Assembly: GCA_049967415.1 (NCBI GenBank)
Contig: JBMFSS010000001.1
Coordinates: forward strand, 69,876-133,875
Source of the DNA: Candidatus Limnocylindrales bacterium
GTDB taxonomy: Bacteria > Chloroflexota > Limnocylindria > Limnocylindrales > CSP1-4
Reading direction: 5' to 3'
Length of the DNA: 64,000 bases
Made by a program: the position numbers and the translations under genes. Each line of letters begins with the position of its first letter. The first letter of the stretch is position 1. The notes beneath the pieces were generated by a model, which made no database searches, had not been told where the DNA came from, and saw only the letters and a program-made list of their open reading frames with translations. Of the stretch, positions 33,701 to 41,662 are shown piece by piece.

Positions 33701-34842
33701 CTGAACGGCGTCTCGCCCTTCGGCACGTCGAAGCCCGGGAAGCGGTACCGCTCGAACCCAAGGTCGACCTGACAGGCGCCGGCCAGCTCCACCGCAGTGG
33801 CCAGCCCCTCGGCCCACGCCCGCCGGATGGCCGGGTCGGCGCCCATGTCGGCCGGCGGGAGCGCGAGCAGTTCCGGCCCCGACTTCAGATAGAACTCGCC
33901 GTTGGGGCGCCGCAGGTACGCGCTCTGGTCGAGCGTCAGGCCGTGGCGGATCGCGACCATCACGTCCTGCAGCTCCCGGCCCTCGGGGAGCGCGTAGTGG
34001 ACGTCGTTGGTGACCACGACTGGGAGGCCGAGCTCGGCGGCCAGGCGGACCGTCTCCGCCACCAGCCAGTCATCATCGGGGAGCAGGTGGTGCTGCAGCT
34101 CGAGGGCGAACCCGCCGATCCCCGGCACGCCCGCGCCACCCCGTGCCGGCGGGCGGCCCCGCGCGCTGGGCCCCAGGCCCCGGGCCACGCGGGCCGGGGC
34201 GGTGCCGAAGAGCCGAGCGTACCGCCGGGCGACCTGTGCGGCACCCTCGCGGTCACCGGCCAGGAGCCGCCGCGCGATTTCCCCGTGGCGGCATCCAGAG
34301 AGCGCCACGACTCCCCCGGCATGGCGCTCCAGGAGCGCCTGGGTGAACTGCGGCACGCCCTTGGTACCGGCCAGGTTCGCCGCGCTGATCAACCGGGAAA
34401 GGTTGCAGTACCCGGTCTGGTCACGGGCAAGCAGCACCAGGTGGGGGCCTCGCTGGGCATCCCCCACGCCGCGCAGGTCCTCGCGGAGGGCGTCGCGGTG
34501 GGCGGGGAGACGCGCGCGTTCGGCACGAGGCCGCGCCGGCACGCCATCGTGCGGTCTCGACGGCACCGGCACCGGCTCCCGGCGCCGGGCTGGCACCACC
34601 ATCCGGTGCGGGTCGGGGACTGCGCTGTCGAGCAGCTCGATCTCGACGCCGACAACCGGATGGATCCCGATCGACTCCGCCGCCGTGACGAACCGAACCG
34701 CGCCGTACAGACCTTGGTGATCGGTCAGGGCGAGCGCTCCCAGGCCGAGCTGGACCGCACGCTCGACAAGCTCGCCGGCAGACGATGCCCCGTCGAGGAA
34801 CGAGAAGTCGCTGTGACAGTGGAGTTCAGCATAGCGGGGCAT
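30775..34842 (-). CDS. dnaE2: Error-prone DNA polymerase DnaE2 (ImuC)
   Basis: 1355 aa. The N-terminal PHP domain (MPRYAELHCHSDFSFLDGASSAGELVERAVQLGL) is typical of DnaE2, followed by the Pol III alpha core. A LexA box lies immediately upstream. Confidence 0.9.
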   Translation of the reverse strand: MPRYAELHCHSDFSFLDGASSAGELVERAVQLGLGALALTDHQGLYGAVRFVTAAESIGIHPVVGVEIELLDSAVPDPHRMVVPARRREPVPVPSRPHDGVPARPRAERARLPAHRDALREDLRGVGDAQRGPHLVLLARDQTGYCNLSRLISAANLAGTKGVPQFTQALLERHAGGVVALSGCRHGEIARRLLAGDREGAAQVARRYARLFGTAPARVARGLGPSARGRPPARGGAGVPGIGGFALELQHHLLPDDDWLVAETVRLAAELGLPVVVTNDVHYALPEGRELQDVMVAIRHGLTLDQSAYLRRPNGEFYLKSGPELLALPPADMGADPAIRRAWAEGLATAVELAGACQVDLGFERYRFPGFDVPKGETPFSHLEALCHAGAVRKYHPLTPRVVRQLAHELGVIERTGLAEFFLVCWDLMRFARERGIPAQGRGSAGDSIVAYVLGITRVDPIRHNLLFERFINEGRTSYPDVDIDIASSRREEVIRYVYERYGPEHTGMVCNVITYRARSAVREVGYALGFPRPLVDRVAKALETCDAAVVRRDLEADGEFAACFVSSPWAPARGTDTAGPSPWERWLELCARLDGHPRHLGIHVGGMLVTAVPLVEIAPLERASMPGRVVVQYDKRDVETLKLIKLDLLGLRMLSAIDDALRAIAADCGVGLDLDRLPEDLPDVFRMIRAADTVGVFQVESRAQMQTLPKSAPRTLDDLVVEVAIIRPGPIQGNAVHPYLRRRQGLEPVTYLHPSLEPILRETLGVILYQEQVMEIAIRVAGFSAGESDGFRRAMGTWRSSHEMEKLHGQFVDGCRSVSGLTDEQAEELFRQVAAFASFGFNKSHAAAFARTAYESAFLKLYYPAQFAAGLINNQPMGFYPVEVLVNDAKRHGVAVLPVDVNRSRFRTATEWVGLPGEPLPEGSGIARRPAVVHASGCVVPDPRTRRQLAAASASGYGVRLGLHLVKGIGEEHAERLDAERERGPYRSLADVVARTGLSEEVLERLIRAGALDSLGRPRRELLWQLHEVAASTGRTTTGRTTTGRTTTGRACPPAGGAARAPEPAQLAPGECDADDCSVSRPARACSERFRPPSTHEASVPGGPRVGVSALGAAECAQHSPPVHDPQPPGPAAEIPVPGCMDRRGLPPPGRAGGHDEQPHDYSGARFAAVERVEPIHLRPRRADAWEPLDLRLPPMDAPVLPPPSELERLADSYAILSLDARRQVVELFRPALDRLGAVANGRLADMDPGVVRIAGLVVTRQHPMTAHGTVFLALEDETGMVNVTLWPDRWDRFRGVVQRHALLWVDGELQRGASVVNVVAREVRALPGVARAAGGPGVLGGIRAQGYAGRRRA

Positions 34843-34870
34843 GGGACCGTCCTTCCGGACGTCCCAATAT

Positions 34871-34884
34871 AGAACATACGTTCT
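34871..34884. promoter_or_regulatory. Cheo-type LexA (SOS) box, AGAACATACGTTCT, upstream of dnaE2
   Basis: Perfect GAAC-N4-GTTC palindrome 29 nt upstream of the dnaE2 start. Confidence 0.7.
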
Positions 34885-34915
34885 TTCAGATCAACCTGGG
34901 CGGCCGGCCGCGACG

Positions 34916-35653
34916 TCAATCCAGGATCAGCTCCGCGCGCCGGAAGCGGGCCATCGCGGCCATCAGGAGGAGCAGGTCCACGAGCACCAGGAGGAGCCCG
35001 GCCCCAACCGCGATCATGCCCCAATCGAGCCCGTTCAGGCCGGTCACCAGCCCGCGTCGTGCCTCCAGCGGCAGCATCTCCAGGACCAGCAGCGGCACGA
35101 ACACGACCGCGACGATCGCCACGTTGATGTTCTGCGTGGCCTGGCGGACGGTGGACGCCCGCAGCGCGACCAGCGTTCCGGCCGAGGCAACCAGACCGGC
35201 GCCCAGGAACCCGAACCCGCCCAGCAGCACGATCGCGACCGGCTGATAGACCAGGATTCCGTGGCCAGCGTGGGCCAGGTTCACGGTGATCAGGCCGACG
35301 GCCGCGCTGACGAGCATGAATCCCCAACCGTAGGCAACCGCGGCCAGCACCTTGCCGAGCAGGATCGCGCGGTCCGACAGCCGGCTCGCCAGCAGCGTCT
35401 CCAGGGTGTGCCGCTCCCGCTCCCCGGCAATCCCGTCCGCGACCATCCCGCTCGCGAGCAGCAGCGGTGCCCAGGCGAACGGCAGAATGGCCGCCGGCTC
35501 ACGGACCAGATCGGGGCCGATCTGGAGCGGCAGGAAGACGCCAAAGACCAGGAGCGAGAAGAGGATGCCCCGCAGCGACCGGCGCAGCGTGCCCGACTGG
35601 AGCAGCATCTCGCGCAGGTCCTTCCGGGCAATGGTGAGCACGTCGGTCGTCAC
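34916..35653 (-). CDS. ABC-2 type exporter permease (small)
   Basis: 245 aa with six hydrophobic segments. Overlaps the upstream ATPase stop by 4 nt. Confidence 0.7.
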   Translation of the reverse strand: MTTDVLTIARKDLREMLLQSGTLRRSLRGILFSLLVFGVFLPLQIGPDLVREPAAILPFAWAPLLLASGMVADGIAGERERHTLETLLASRLSDRAILLGKVLAAVAYGWGFMLVSAAVGLITVNLAHAGHGILVYQPVAIVLLGGFGFLGAGLVASAGTLVALRASTVRQATQNINVAIVAVVFVPLLVLEMLPLEARRGLVTGLNGLDWGMIAVGAGLLLVLVDLLLLMAAMARFRRAELILD

Positions 35654-36582
35654 GCGTCGGCCCCCACCAGTGCCAGGAACGCCTCCTCCAGGTCCGCGCC
35701 GCCCTTGCGGACCTCGTCGACCGCGACGCCTTCGCGGACCAGGATCGCGACCAGCGACGCCGTGTCGAGCCCATCGCGCACCTGGAGCACCACGCGATCG
35801 TCGCTGAGGGTTGCGGACTCGACCACCGGCTGCGCCTCCAGGAGCCTGACGATCCGCGCATCCAGCCCCCGCCCGGTGACCTCCATGCGATCCTTCCGCG
35901 CCCGGGCCCGGAGCTCATCCGGGCGCCCCACGGCCAGAAGGTGGCCGGCACGGATCACGCCCACTCGGTCACACAGCTTCTCGGCCTCCGCGAGATTGTG
36001 CGTGGTAAGAAAGACCGTCACCCCCTCGCGCCGGGCCAGGGCCGTCAGGTCGTCGCGGAGGGCGGCCGCGGCGATCGGGTCCAGACCGGCCGTCGGCTCG
36101 TCGAGAAAGACAAGGGCCGGGCGGTGCAGGAGGGCCCGCGCGACGGCGAGCTTCTGACGCATCCCGCGGCTCCAGCCGCCGACGATCTCGTGCCTCCGGT
36201 CCCAAAGCCCCAGACCGGTGAGCAGCTCCCGGACCCGCTCGCGCCGTGTGGCGGGTGGCAGGTGCCAGACCCGGGCGTAGAAATCGAGGTTGTCCTGCGC
36301 GGTCAGGCGTTCGTACAGCCCCGAATGCTCGAGGAGCGCCCCGCAGTGCTCGCGGATCCCCGCCGAGTCGGTCCGCGCGTCGCGCCCCAGCACAATGGCC
36401 GTCCCGCGGGTGGGCTCCAGCAGGCCGAGCAGGAGACGGATGGTCGTGGTCTTGCCGGAGCCGTTGGGCCCGAGGAAGCCGAAGATGGCGCCCGACGGCA
36501 CCTCCAGCGACAGCCCGTCCACGGCCCGCAGGGGACCGAAGTCGCGGGTCAGATCGTGGGTGCAGATCGCGCAGTTGTTCAC
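35650..36582 (-). CDS. ABC transporter ATP-binding protein
   Basis: Walker A (GFLGPNGSGKTT), Q-loop, Walker B (LVFLDEP), and a C-terminal extension. Start assigned to the GTG at VNNCAICTHDL (AGAGG RBS). Confidence 0.75.
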   Translation of the reverse strand: MNNCAICTHDLTRDFGPLRAVDGLSLEVPSGAIFGFLGPNGSGKTTTIRLLLGLLEPTRGTAIVLGRDARTDSAGIREHCGALLEHSGLYERLTAQDNLDFYARVWHLPPATRRERVRELLTGLGLWDRRHEIVGGWSRGMRQKLAVARALLHRPALVFLDEPTAGLDPIAAAALRDDLTALARREGVTVFLTTHNLAEAEKLCDRVGVIRAGHLLAVGRPDELRARARKDRMEVTGRGLDARIVRLLEAQPVVESATLSDDRVVLQVRDGLDTASLVAILVREGVAVDEVRKGGADLEEAFLALVGADA

Positions 36583-36774
36583 GCGGAGATGCCTCTGGAG
36601 CCTGGAACGCAGGGCGCGATTGTAGCGGGGAGCACTTGGGGCTCGTGGTTCGCGGTATCCTCGCCGCATGCGACCCACCATCCGCGATTTCGTTGGCATC
36701 GGGCTGTTCGTACTGGTGCTGGTTGTGCTGCTCGTCGTCTTCGTCGCGGCTGCGATTCCGCCGGGACACCCTTG

Positions 36775-37293
36775 ATGTACGGGCGCCTCGCCGCGGGCGC
36801 GGCGCTCCTGCTGGTTCTCGGCGCCTGCGCGGCGGGGGGCCCGGCGGGTTCCTCCCCGGGGAGCACGCCGGCAGCGGCCTCGATGGCCGGTCCCACGTCG
36901 GCGCCGTCGGGGGCGCCTCCATCCGGTCTGTCGCCGGCGTCGCCCGTGCCAACGACCGCCACTGCCTGGGGCGCCATCCTGGACCACGCGCCGGACTCGT
37001 TTCCACGCTACCCGGGGGCGGCCGATTCGAACGGGGCCACGAACCAGCCGGTGACCCAGGCTGTCTCGACCAGCGCCTCGGTGGCGACCGTGAGCGTCTG
37101 GTATGCCTCGGCGCTGGCCTCGGCAGGCTACAAGCAGACCAGCATCAGCAACCCCGCCGAAGACGGGTCGGTGGTCGCGGAGTTCGACGGAGGAAGCCTG
37201 GCCTCCAGCTGTCGAGCGCAACTCACGTACAAGCCCATGGGGTCGCTCACCTTCGTCTTCGTCCTGGTGTCGGCGAGCTGTCCGGCCGGGTGA
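36775..37293 (+). CDS. Hypothetical lipoprotein
   Basis: 172 aa from ATG 36775. Signal peptide with lipobox (MYGRLAAGAALLLVLGAC) followed by an Ser/Pro/Ala-rich linker. It is the C-terminal in-frame part of track ORF 35941..37293. Confidence 0.55.
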   Translation: MYGRLAAGAALLLVLGACAAGGPAGSSPGSTPAAASMAGPTSAPSGAPPSGLSPASPVPTTATAWGAILDHAPDSFPRYPGAADSNGATNQPVTQAVSTSASVATVSVWYASALASAGYKQTSISNPAEDGSVVAEFDGGSLASSCRAQLTYKPMGSLTFVFVLVSASCPAG

Positions 37294-37500
37294 GCGACGG
37301 GGGCGCAAGGTCCTCCCAGGCTTTTCGGAATCCAGGGGCAGGGCGCGTCACACGCAAGAGCCTCCCTTCGTCATCTGGATACCACCATCTCCCCACTGGT
37401 GCGGCCGTGCTCGGTCCGGGCTCTCCTCCTCCCCGGTTCGGGATCGGCGCTCGATCTCGACCCCGGCCGTGCGGCCGGGGTCGAGTCGCATCCGTTCGGT

Positions 37501-37749
37501 TCAGTCGTAGAGCCGTTCGAGGCGCCAGCTGCCGTCGACGCCGTCGCGATACACCAGGGCGAGCCATCTCCGGCCGACCACCTTGTAGTAATCACGGCGG
37601 ATGGGCCTGCGCCACCACGCCTCCTCGATGCGCCAGCGGTTGCAGACCTCGATCTGCTCACGCTGCCCGTTCCACGTGAAGGCCACGGGGCGGCCGGCCG
37701 CGTCGAGCTCGACCGTGATGACCGGATGCTCCTCGAAGAGGCGCGTCAT
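37501..37749 (-). CDS. Small hypothetical protein (82 aa) translationally coupled to imuB
   Basis: MTRLFEEHPVITVELDAAGRPVAFTWNGQREQIEVCNRWRIEEAWWRRPIRRDYYKVVGRRWLALVYRDGVDGSWRLERLYD. Its ATG overlaps the imuB TGA (ATGA). It has non-low-complexity, beta-rich-like composition. Confidence 0.55.
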   Translation of the reverse strand: MTRLFEEHPVITVELDAAGRPVAFTWNGQREQIEVCNRWRIEEAWWRRPIRRDYYKVVGRRWLALVYRDGVDGSWRLERLYD

Positions 37750-39059
37750 CGCGAAGTCCCGTGCCCTGCGGTCCCGGACCGTGGCGCCTCCGGGCTCGCC
37801 TCCGGGCTCGACGCCGGGCTCCAGCCGATGCGCTCCTCCGGCAGCCGCGCTTCCGGGTCGCGCACCGAGGCGCGCAGCACGCGTCCCTCGCCGAACCGGA
37901 TCGCGAGATCGGTCAGCTGCCACTCGAGACGCGCCACCCGGGCCGCCTGGGGCTCGAACAGGCCGAGCTGCCTGCCGAGCGCCGGGACAATGCCATCGAG
38001 CTCGAGGACCAGCCGATCGACCGGACGGGCCGGCGGCGCGGACTCCAGGCGCGCCAGGAGCAGGCGCTCGACCGCCTCGGGGCTCGCAGTGGGACCGGGC
38101 AGCGCCTGCTCGATATCCAGGACATCGAGCTGCGTCGCGCGCCGCCTTCCTCCTTCCAGCGCAACCTGCAGCCGGGCAACCGTGGCCCCGGCACCGCGCG
38201 CCGACAGCTGTCCGCACAACGCGCCGCTGAGACGATGCAGCACGAAACGGAGCGGCCCCAGCGAATCGGCCGGCGGCTCCAGCTCTGCCTCCGCCCGCAG
38301 CCGCTCCGCCGGATGGCGCGGCCGGAGCCTCCGGCCATCCCGTCCACCCGCCAGGTCGTGCAGCAACCCGCCCTCGGTCCCGAAGCGAGCGAGCACGGCC
38401 GCGCGCGGAAGCGCCGCGTACTCGCCGATCCGCCGCAGGCCCAGCACCCGCAACCGTTCCTGCATCTCAACGCTGGCCGGCAGCAGTGTCACGGGCAGCG
38501 GCGCGAGAAAGGCCGCCTCCGCCTCGACACCGCCGTCCGGCACGGCGAGCCAGGTCATCTCCGTGCCTGGCAATCGCTCACTCGCAACGGTGGCCGCCAC
38601 GAACGCCCCGAACCGTGACCCGGCGATCCCCGCCCGAATGGGCCCCGGGACGTGCGGCGCCAGCGCAGCGGCGATCCTCCCGAGCAGGAGAGGGATCTCG
38701 CCCCACAGTCGCTCGAGCCCATCGATCCCCAGCAGGGCGCCCCCGAACCCATCCGCTGCCGGGTCCGTCTCCCCTTCCACGTACGGTGCGAATCGCGCCA
38801 GGACGTCCAGCGCCGCCTCGGCGGCCGCGCGGTACCGATCAAGATCGGGGACCAGGAATGCAGCGTCAGGTGCGAGCGCCTGCGCGGCCGCGAGACGCAT
38901 TCCCCTGCGCACGCCCAGGCGGCGCGCGGAGGGGCTGCAGTCGAGCACCCGCCCGGGCTCCCAGGGATGGCCTCCCAGGATGATCGGTTCGGGAAGCGCA
39001 CGCGATGCGCGCTCGAGCCGGAGTGGAAGGTGCGGCCAGCCGAGATAGAGGAGTCGCAT
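37746..39059 (-). CDS. imuB: ImuB (inactive Y-family polymerase-like mutasome subunit)
   Basis: Canonical N-terminus MRLLYLGWPHLPLRLERA and a UmuC/DinB-like fold. Confidence 0.85.
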   Translation of the reverse strand: MRLLYLGWPHLPLRLERASRALPEPIILGGHPWEPGRVLDCSPSARRLGVRRGMRLAAAQALAPDAAFLVPDLDRYRAAAEAALDVLARFAPYVEGETDPAADGFGGALLGIDGLERLWGEIPLLLGRIAAALAPHVPGPIRAGIAGSRFGAFVAATVASERLPGTEMTWLAVPDGGVEAEAAFLAPLPVTLLPASVEMQERLRVLGLRRIGEYAALPRAAVLARFGTEGGLLHDLAGGRDGRRLRPRHPAERLRAEAELEPPADSLGPLRFVLHRLSGALCGQLSARGAGATVARLQVALEGGRRRATQLDVLDIEQALPGPTASPEAVERLLLARLESAPPARPVDRLVLELDGIVPALGRQLGLFEPQAARVARLEWQLTDLAIRFGEGRVLRASVRDPEARLPEERIGWSPASSPEASPEAPRSGTAGHGTSR

Positions 39060-40239
39060 GGGTCGACGCAGCGATGGTGATCTCCGGTGGACGAACGATC
39101 AGCGGGAAAGGCGGGGCAGCCGACCCCGGCGGCGATGGGATGTCCAGGAGCCGTTCGACCCCCCGGTATCGATCGCCCTCGTCGGCATACCGGATCTCCA
39201 GCTCGACGCGGCGGCCGGGAGGACCGAACCGGTTCCTGGTGACCGTGACCTGCGTGCGCTGCCCCACCACGTCCCGCCCGATGCGGATCCAGGCCCGCCG
39301 TTCGAGGTCGAGCCCCACCCCAGCCGATTCGACGAGCGCCCCCTGCAGGGGCGTCACCAGGTTCGGTGGTTCGATGGTCACCAGCCGTACACCAGCTTGC
39401 CTGGCGCGCGCCACCAGACGCCGCAGGAGCAGCTCCCAGTCAGCCGGCATTTCCTCGGGCAGATCGGCCACCACCACCTCGACCGCGCGACCCCCGACCA
39501 GGGCCCCCGCGAGCCGAAGCCCCTCGGTCACGTCAGACGCCCGCAGCACCAGGAGCCAGGCCAAGTCCACGCCGCGCGCCACGGCCTCGATCGGGTCGAA
39601 GACACGGGCAAGATCCAGCCAGGCAACGACCGAACCGTGCGCCTGGGCCTCCGCGACGAGCCGCAGCGCAAGCGTGGTCTTGCCGCTCGATACATCGCCG
39701 CGGAGCGTCACCTGAGCCGCCCGGACCAGACCGCCGGGCCCCAGGATGGCATCCAGCGCCGGGAAACCGGTAGGCACAACCCGGTGCTCCAGCGGTGCCA
39801 GCAGATCCAGCGGCTGGGCGAGCGGGAGCGGTGCCAGGGCGCCCTCAGTCGGAAACGCCTGGGACTGGCCTGCCATGGGATACCGAGGCGAAGCGGATCG
39901 ACCGCCATCCGCCGGCAGTGCCGGCGCGCCGGGATCGCTGCCGGGCGCCTGCGCCCCATCGCCGGCGGAGCCGGCAGTCGCACGTGACCCGCCGGCGGCC
40001 CGCCGATCCGGCCCCGGCGCCCGCCGGGCAGTCGCGACCGCCGACACGGAGCGCCCGTCTCCGAATCGGATTGCCGCGCTCCCCCAGCGCGTCTCAAGGC
40101 GCGCGAGGACTTCGAACAGCGGCTCCAACGACCGAGCGGAGGGCACGCCTGAACCCGGGACCGACCGGAGCGGGTTATCAGCGGCCCGAGCGGGGGGACT
40201 GCCAGCAGGTGGGATCGGACAGCTCATTGCCCGATCCAT
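38866..40239 (-). CDS. imuA: ImuA (RecA/SulA-like mutasome subunit)
   Basis: RecA-fold region GFPALDAILGPGGLVRAAQVTLRGDVSSGKTTLALRLVAEAQAHGSVVAWLDLARVFDP. A LexA box lies 4 nt from the annotated ATG. The annotated C-terminus overlaps the imuB start by 194 nt. Confidence 0.7.
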   Translation of the reverse strand: MDRAMSCPIPPAGSPPARAADNPLRSVPGSGVPSARSLEPLFEVLARLETRWGSAAIRFGDGRSVSAVATARRAPGPDRRAAGGSRATAGSAGDGAQAPGSDPGAPALPADGGRSASPRYPMAGQSQAFPTEGALAPLPLAQPLDLLAPLEHRVVPTGFPALDAILGPGGLVRAAQVTLRGDVSSGKTTLALRLVAEAQAHGSVVAWLDLARVFDPIEAVARGVDLAWLLVLRASDVTEGLRLAGALVGGRAVEVVVADLPEEMPADWELLLRRLVARARQAGVRLVTIEPPNLVTPLQGALVESAGVGLDLERRAWIRIGRDVVGQRTQVTVTRNRFGPPGRRVELEIRYADEGDRYRGVERLLDIPSPPGSAAPPFPLIVRPPEITIAASTHATPLSRLAAPSTPARARIACASRTDHPGRPSLGARAGARLQPLRAPPGRAQGNASRGRAGART

Positions 40240-40242
40240 GAT

Positions 40243-40256
40243 AGAACTGATGTTCT
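40243..40256. promoter_or_regulatory. Cheo-type LexA (SOS) box, AGAACTGATGTTCT, upstream of imuA-imuB
   Basis: Perfect GAAC-N4-GTTC palindrome immediately upstream of the imuA ORF. Confidence 0.7.
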
Positions 40257-40277
40257 ATTTGTCAATGACCCTGACTG

Positions 40278-41021
40278 TCAGGTCCCCGGTTCGGTCGGAG
40301 CAGGTACCGAGTTCAGATCCAGATCCCGCAGCAGCTGGCGACCCGTCTCCCAGTCAGCGGGACGGGCCGCCTGGAAGCGATGCGCCTCGTGCGCCACCCA
40401 GTTCCAGAGACCGGGACGCGACTCGCGCAGCAGCGGCGCCGCCTGGCAGCGCGACCACAGGTCCGCCACGAAGGCAGCGTAAAGGGCCGTCGGGGCAACG
40501 CCTGCAATCTTCGCCTCAGCGCCCGGGGTGAAGTCGATCGGCACCAGCAGCCGAGCGAAGAACGCCGCGACCTCGGGAGCCACCGGATCCACGTCCTGGC
40601 TGTGGCCGCTCCAGCGCAGGATGGGCACCGGCGAGTCGAGAACCACCAGCGTGGTCTGCGGATCCGCCTGCGCGACCCGGAGCGTGCCGCCGAACGTCAC
40701 GAATGTGTTCTGCACCTCCAGCCGATCGAAAACGTGCACCGGGCCCCAGGCCACGTCGGTCCGCTCCGGCAGCGCGCGCGAGCGGTAGTACTCCACCTCC
40801 TGGCCCTTGCCGGCGACCGTGACGTACCAGGTCATCCGTTCCGGGTCGAAGTGGGCCAGCGTGGGCTGGTCCCGCAGGGCGACCACCAGGTGCGACCCGG
40901 CCGGCGCGCCCGCGTCCCCGAGCTGCTCGTCGCGCACCAGGACGAATCCGAGCTGCGCCACCAGGGTCGCAGCCCGGTCGAACGGCAGCAGCCGCAAGTC
41001 GGGAGTCGGTGTCGGTTCCAT
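40278..41021 (-). CDS. Hypothetical protein (~247 aa)
   Basis: Long non-low-complexity ORF (MEPTPTPDLRLLPFDRAATLVAQLGFVLVRDEQLGD...WYVTVAGKGQEVEYYRSRAL...). The track ORF extends to 41084. No recognisable family. Confidence 0.45.
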   Translation of the reverse strand: MEPTPTPDLRLLPFDRAATLVAQLGFVLVRDEQLGDAGAPAGSHLVVALRDQPTLAHFDPERMTWYVTVAGKGQEVEYYRSRALPERTDVAWGPVHVFDRLEVQNTFVTFGGTLRVAQADPQTTLVVLDSPVPILRWSGHSQDVDPVAPEVAAFFARLLVPIDFTPGAEAKIAGVAPTALYAAFVADLWSRCQAAPLLRESRPGLWNWVAHEAHRFQAARPADWETGRQLLRDLDLNSVPAPTEPGT

Positions 41022-41158
41022 GTAGTCACCAGGGGTGGGACGCGAGGAGAAGCGTGCCGCCAGTATTGTGGATCGTTCCGCCACGATACTGCCCCGACAC
41101 CCGACCTGCTACACTCCCATGCACCCTGACGGGCCGGGCCCGTTGGCTCGTTCTCGGT

Positions 41159-41234
41159 GGGGATGTAGCTCAGCTGGGAGAGCACCGCGTTCGCATCGCG
41201 GGGGTCAGGGGTTCGAGTCCCCTCATCTCCACCA
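41159..41234 (+). tRNA. tRNA-Ala (anticodon CGC)
   Basis: 76-nt cloverleaf GGGGATGTAGCTCAGCTGGGAGAGCACCGCGTTCGCATCGCGG...CATCTCCACCA. It has the G3:U70 Ala identity pair, a TTCGAGT T-loop and an encoded CCA. Confidence 0.9.
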
Positions 41235-41575
41235 TTCCCTTCCTGCTTCGGCGCCGAGCAGCGCCGCGGCCCGGCTTGGTCGCGCCCCGCACCCAGATGC
41301 GCCGGCCCCGGTCTTCCCCTCGCAACCCCAATATGCCTGACCGCGACACCGGCGATGGCGTCCGTCAGGCAACCCGCCCGACCACACAGATCAGCCCCGG
41401 CACTCACGTGCCGGGGCTGATCGGCCTGTCGTCTCCGGGTCCGTGGGAGGAGGAGGGAGGAGGAGACGCCCAGAATGATGGACTCAACGGCTGAAGAAAT
41501 CCTGAAAACTCGGCCAAGCCTTGGATCTCACCCCAGCGCCGATCCGGCCACGGGCTCTCTCCGAATGGGGTGGAT

Positions 41576-41596
41576 CTTGACACGATGCGCATCAAG
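41576..41596. promoter_or_regulatory. HAIR-like inverted repeat (HspR operator candidate), CTTGACA-N7-CATCAAG, upstream of hsp20-hspR
   Basis: cttgacacgatgcgcatcaag resembles HAIR (CTTGAGT-N7-ACTCAAG). It overlaps a TTGACA -35-like hexamer and is followed by a TATATAT -10-like run. Confidence 0.55.
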
Positions 41597-41662
41597 GATG
41601 TTGTATATATGCATCGTCTTAGCGTGAATGCGCAGCGAGACAGAAAGGAGGTTGCAGCCGAG

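Noticed and set aside
31309-34872. 1187-aa plus-strand ORF opposite dnaE2, and other >200-aa antisense ORFs in 31-34 kb
   Set aside because: Antisense to the DnaE2 polymerase; no domains; GC-driven open frames.
35941-36774. N-terminal 278 codons of track ORF 35941..37293
   Set aside because: Antisense to the ABC ATPase. Only the downstream in-frame lipoprotein (from ATG 36775, with signal peptide and lipobox) is plausible.
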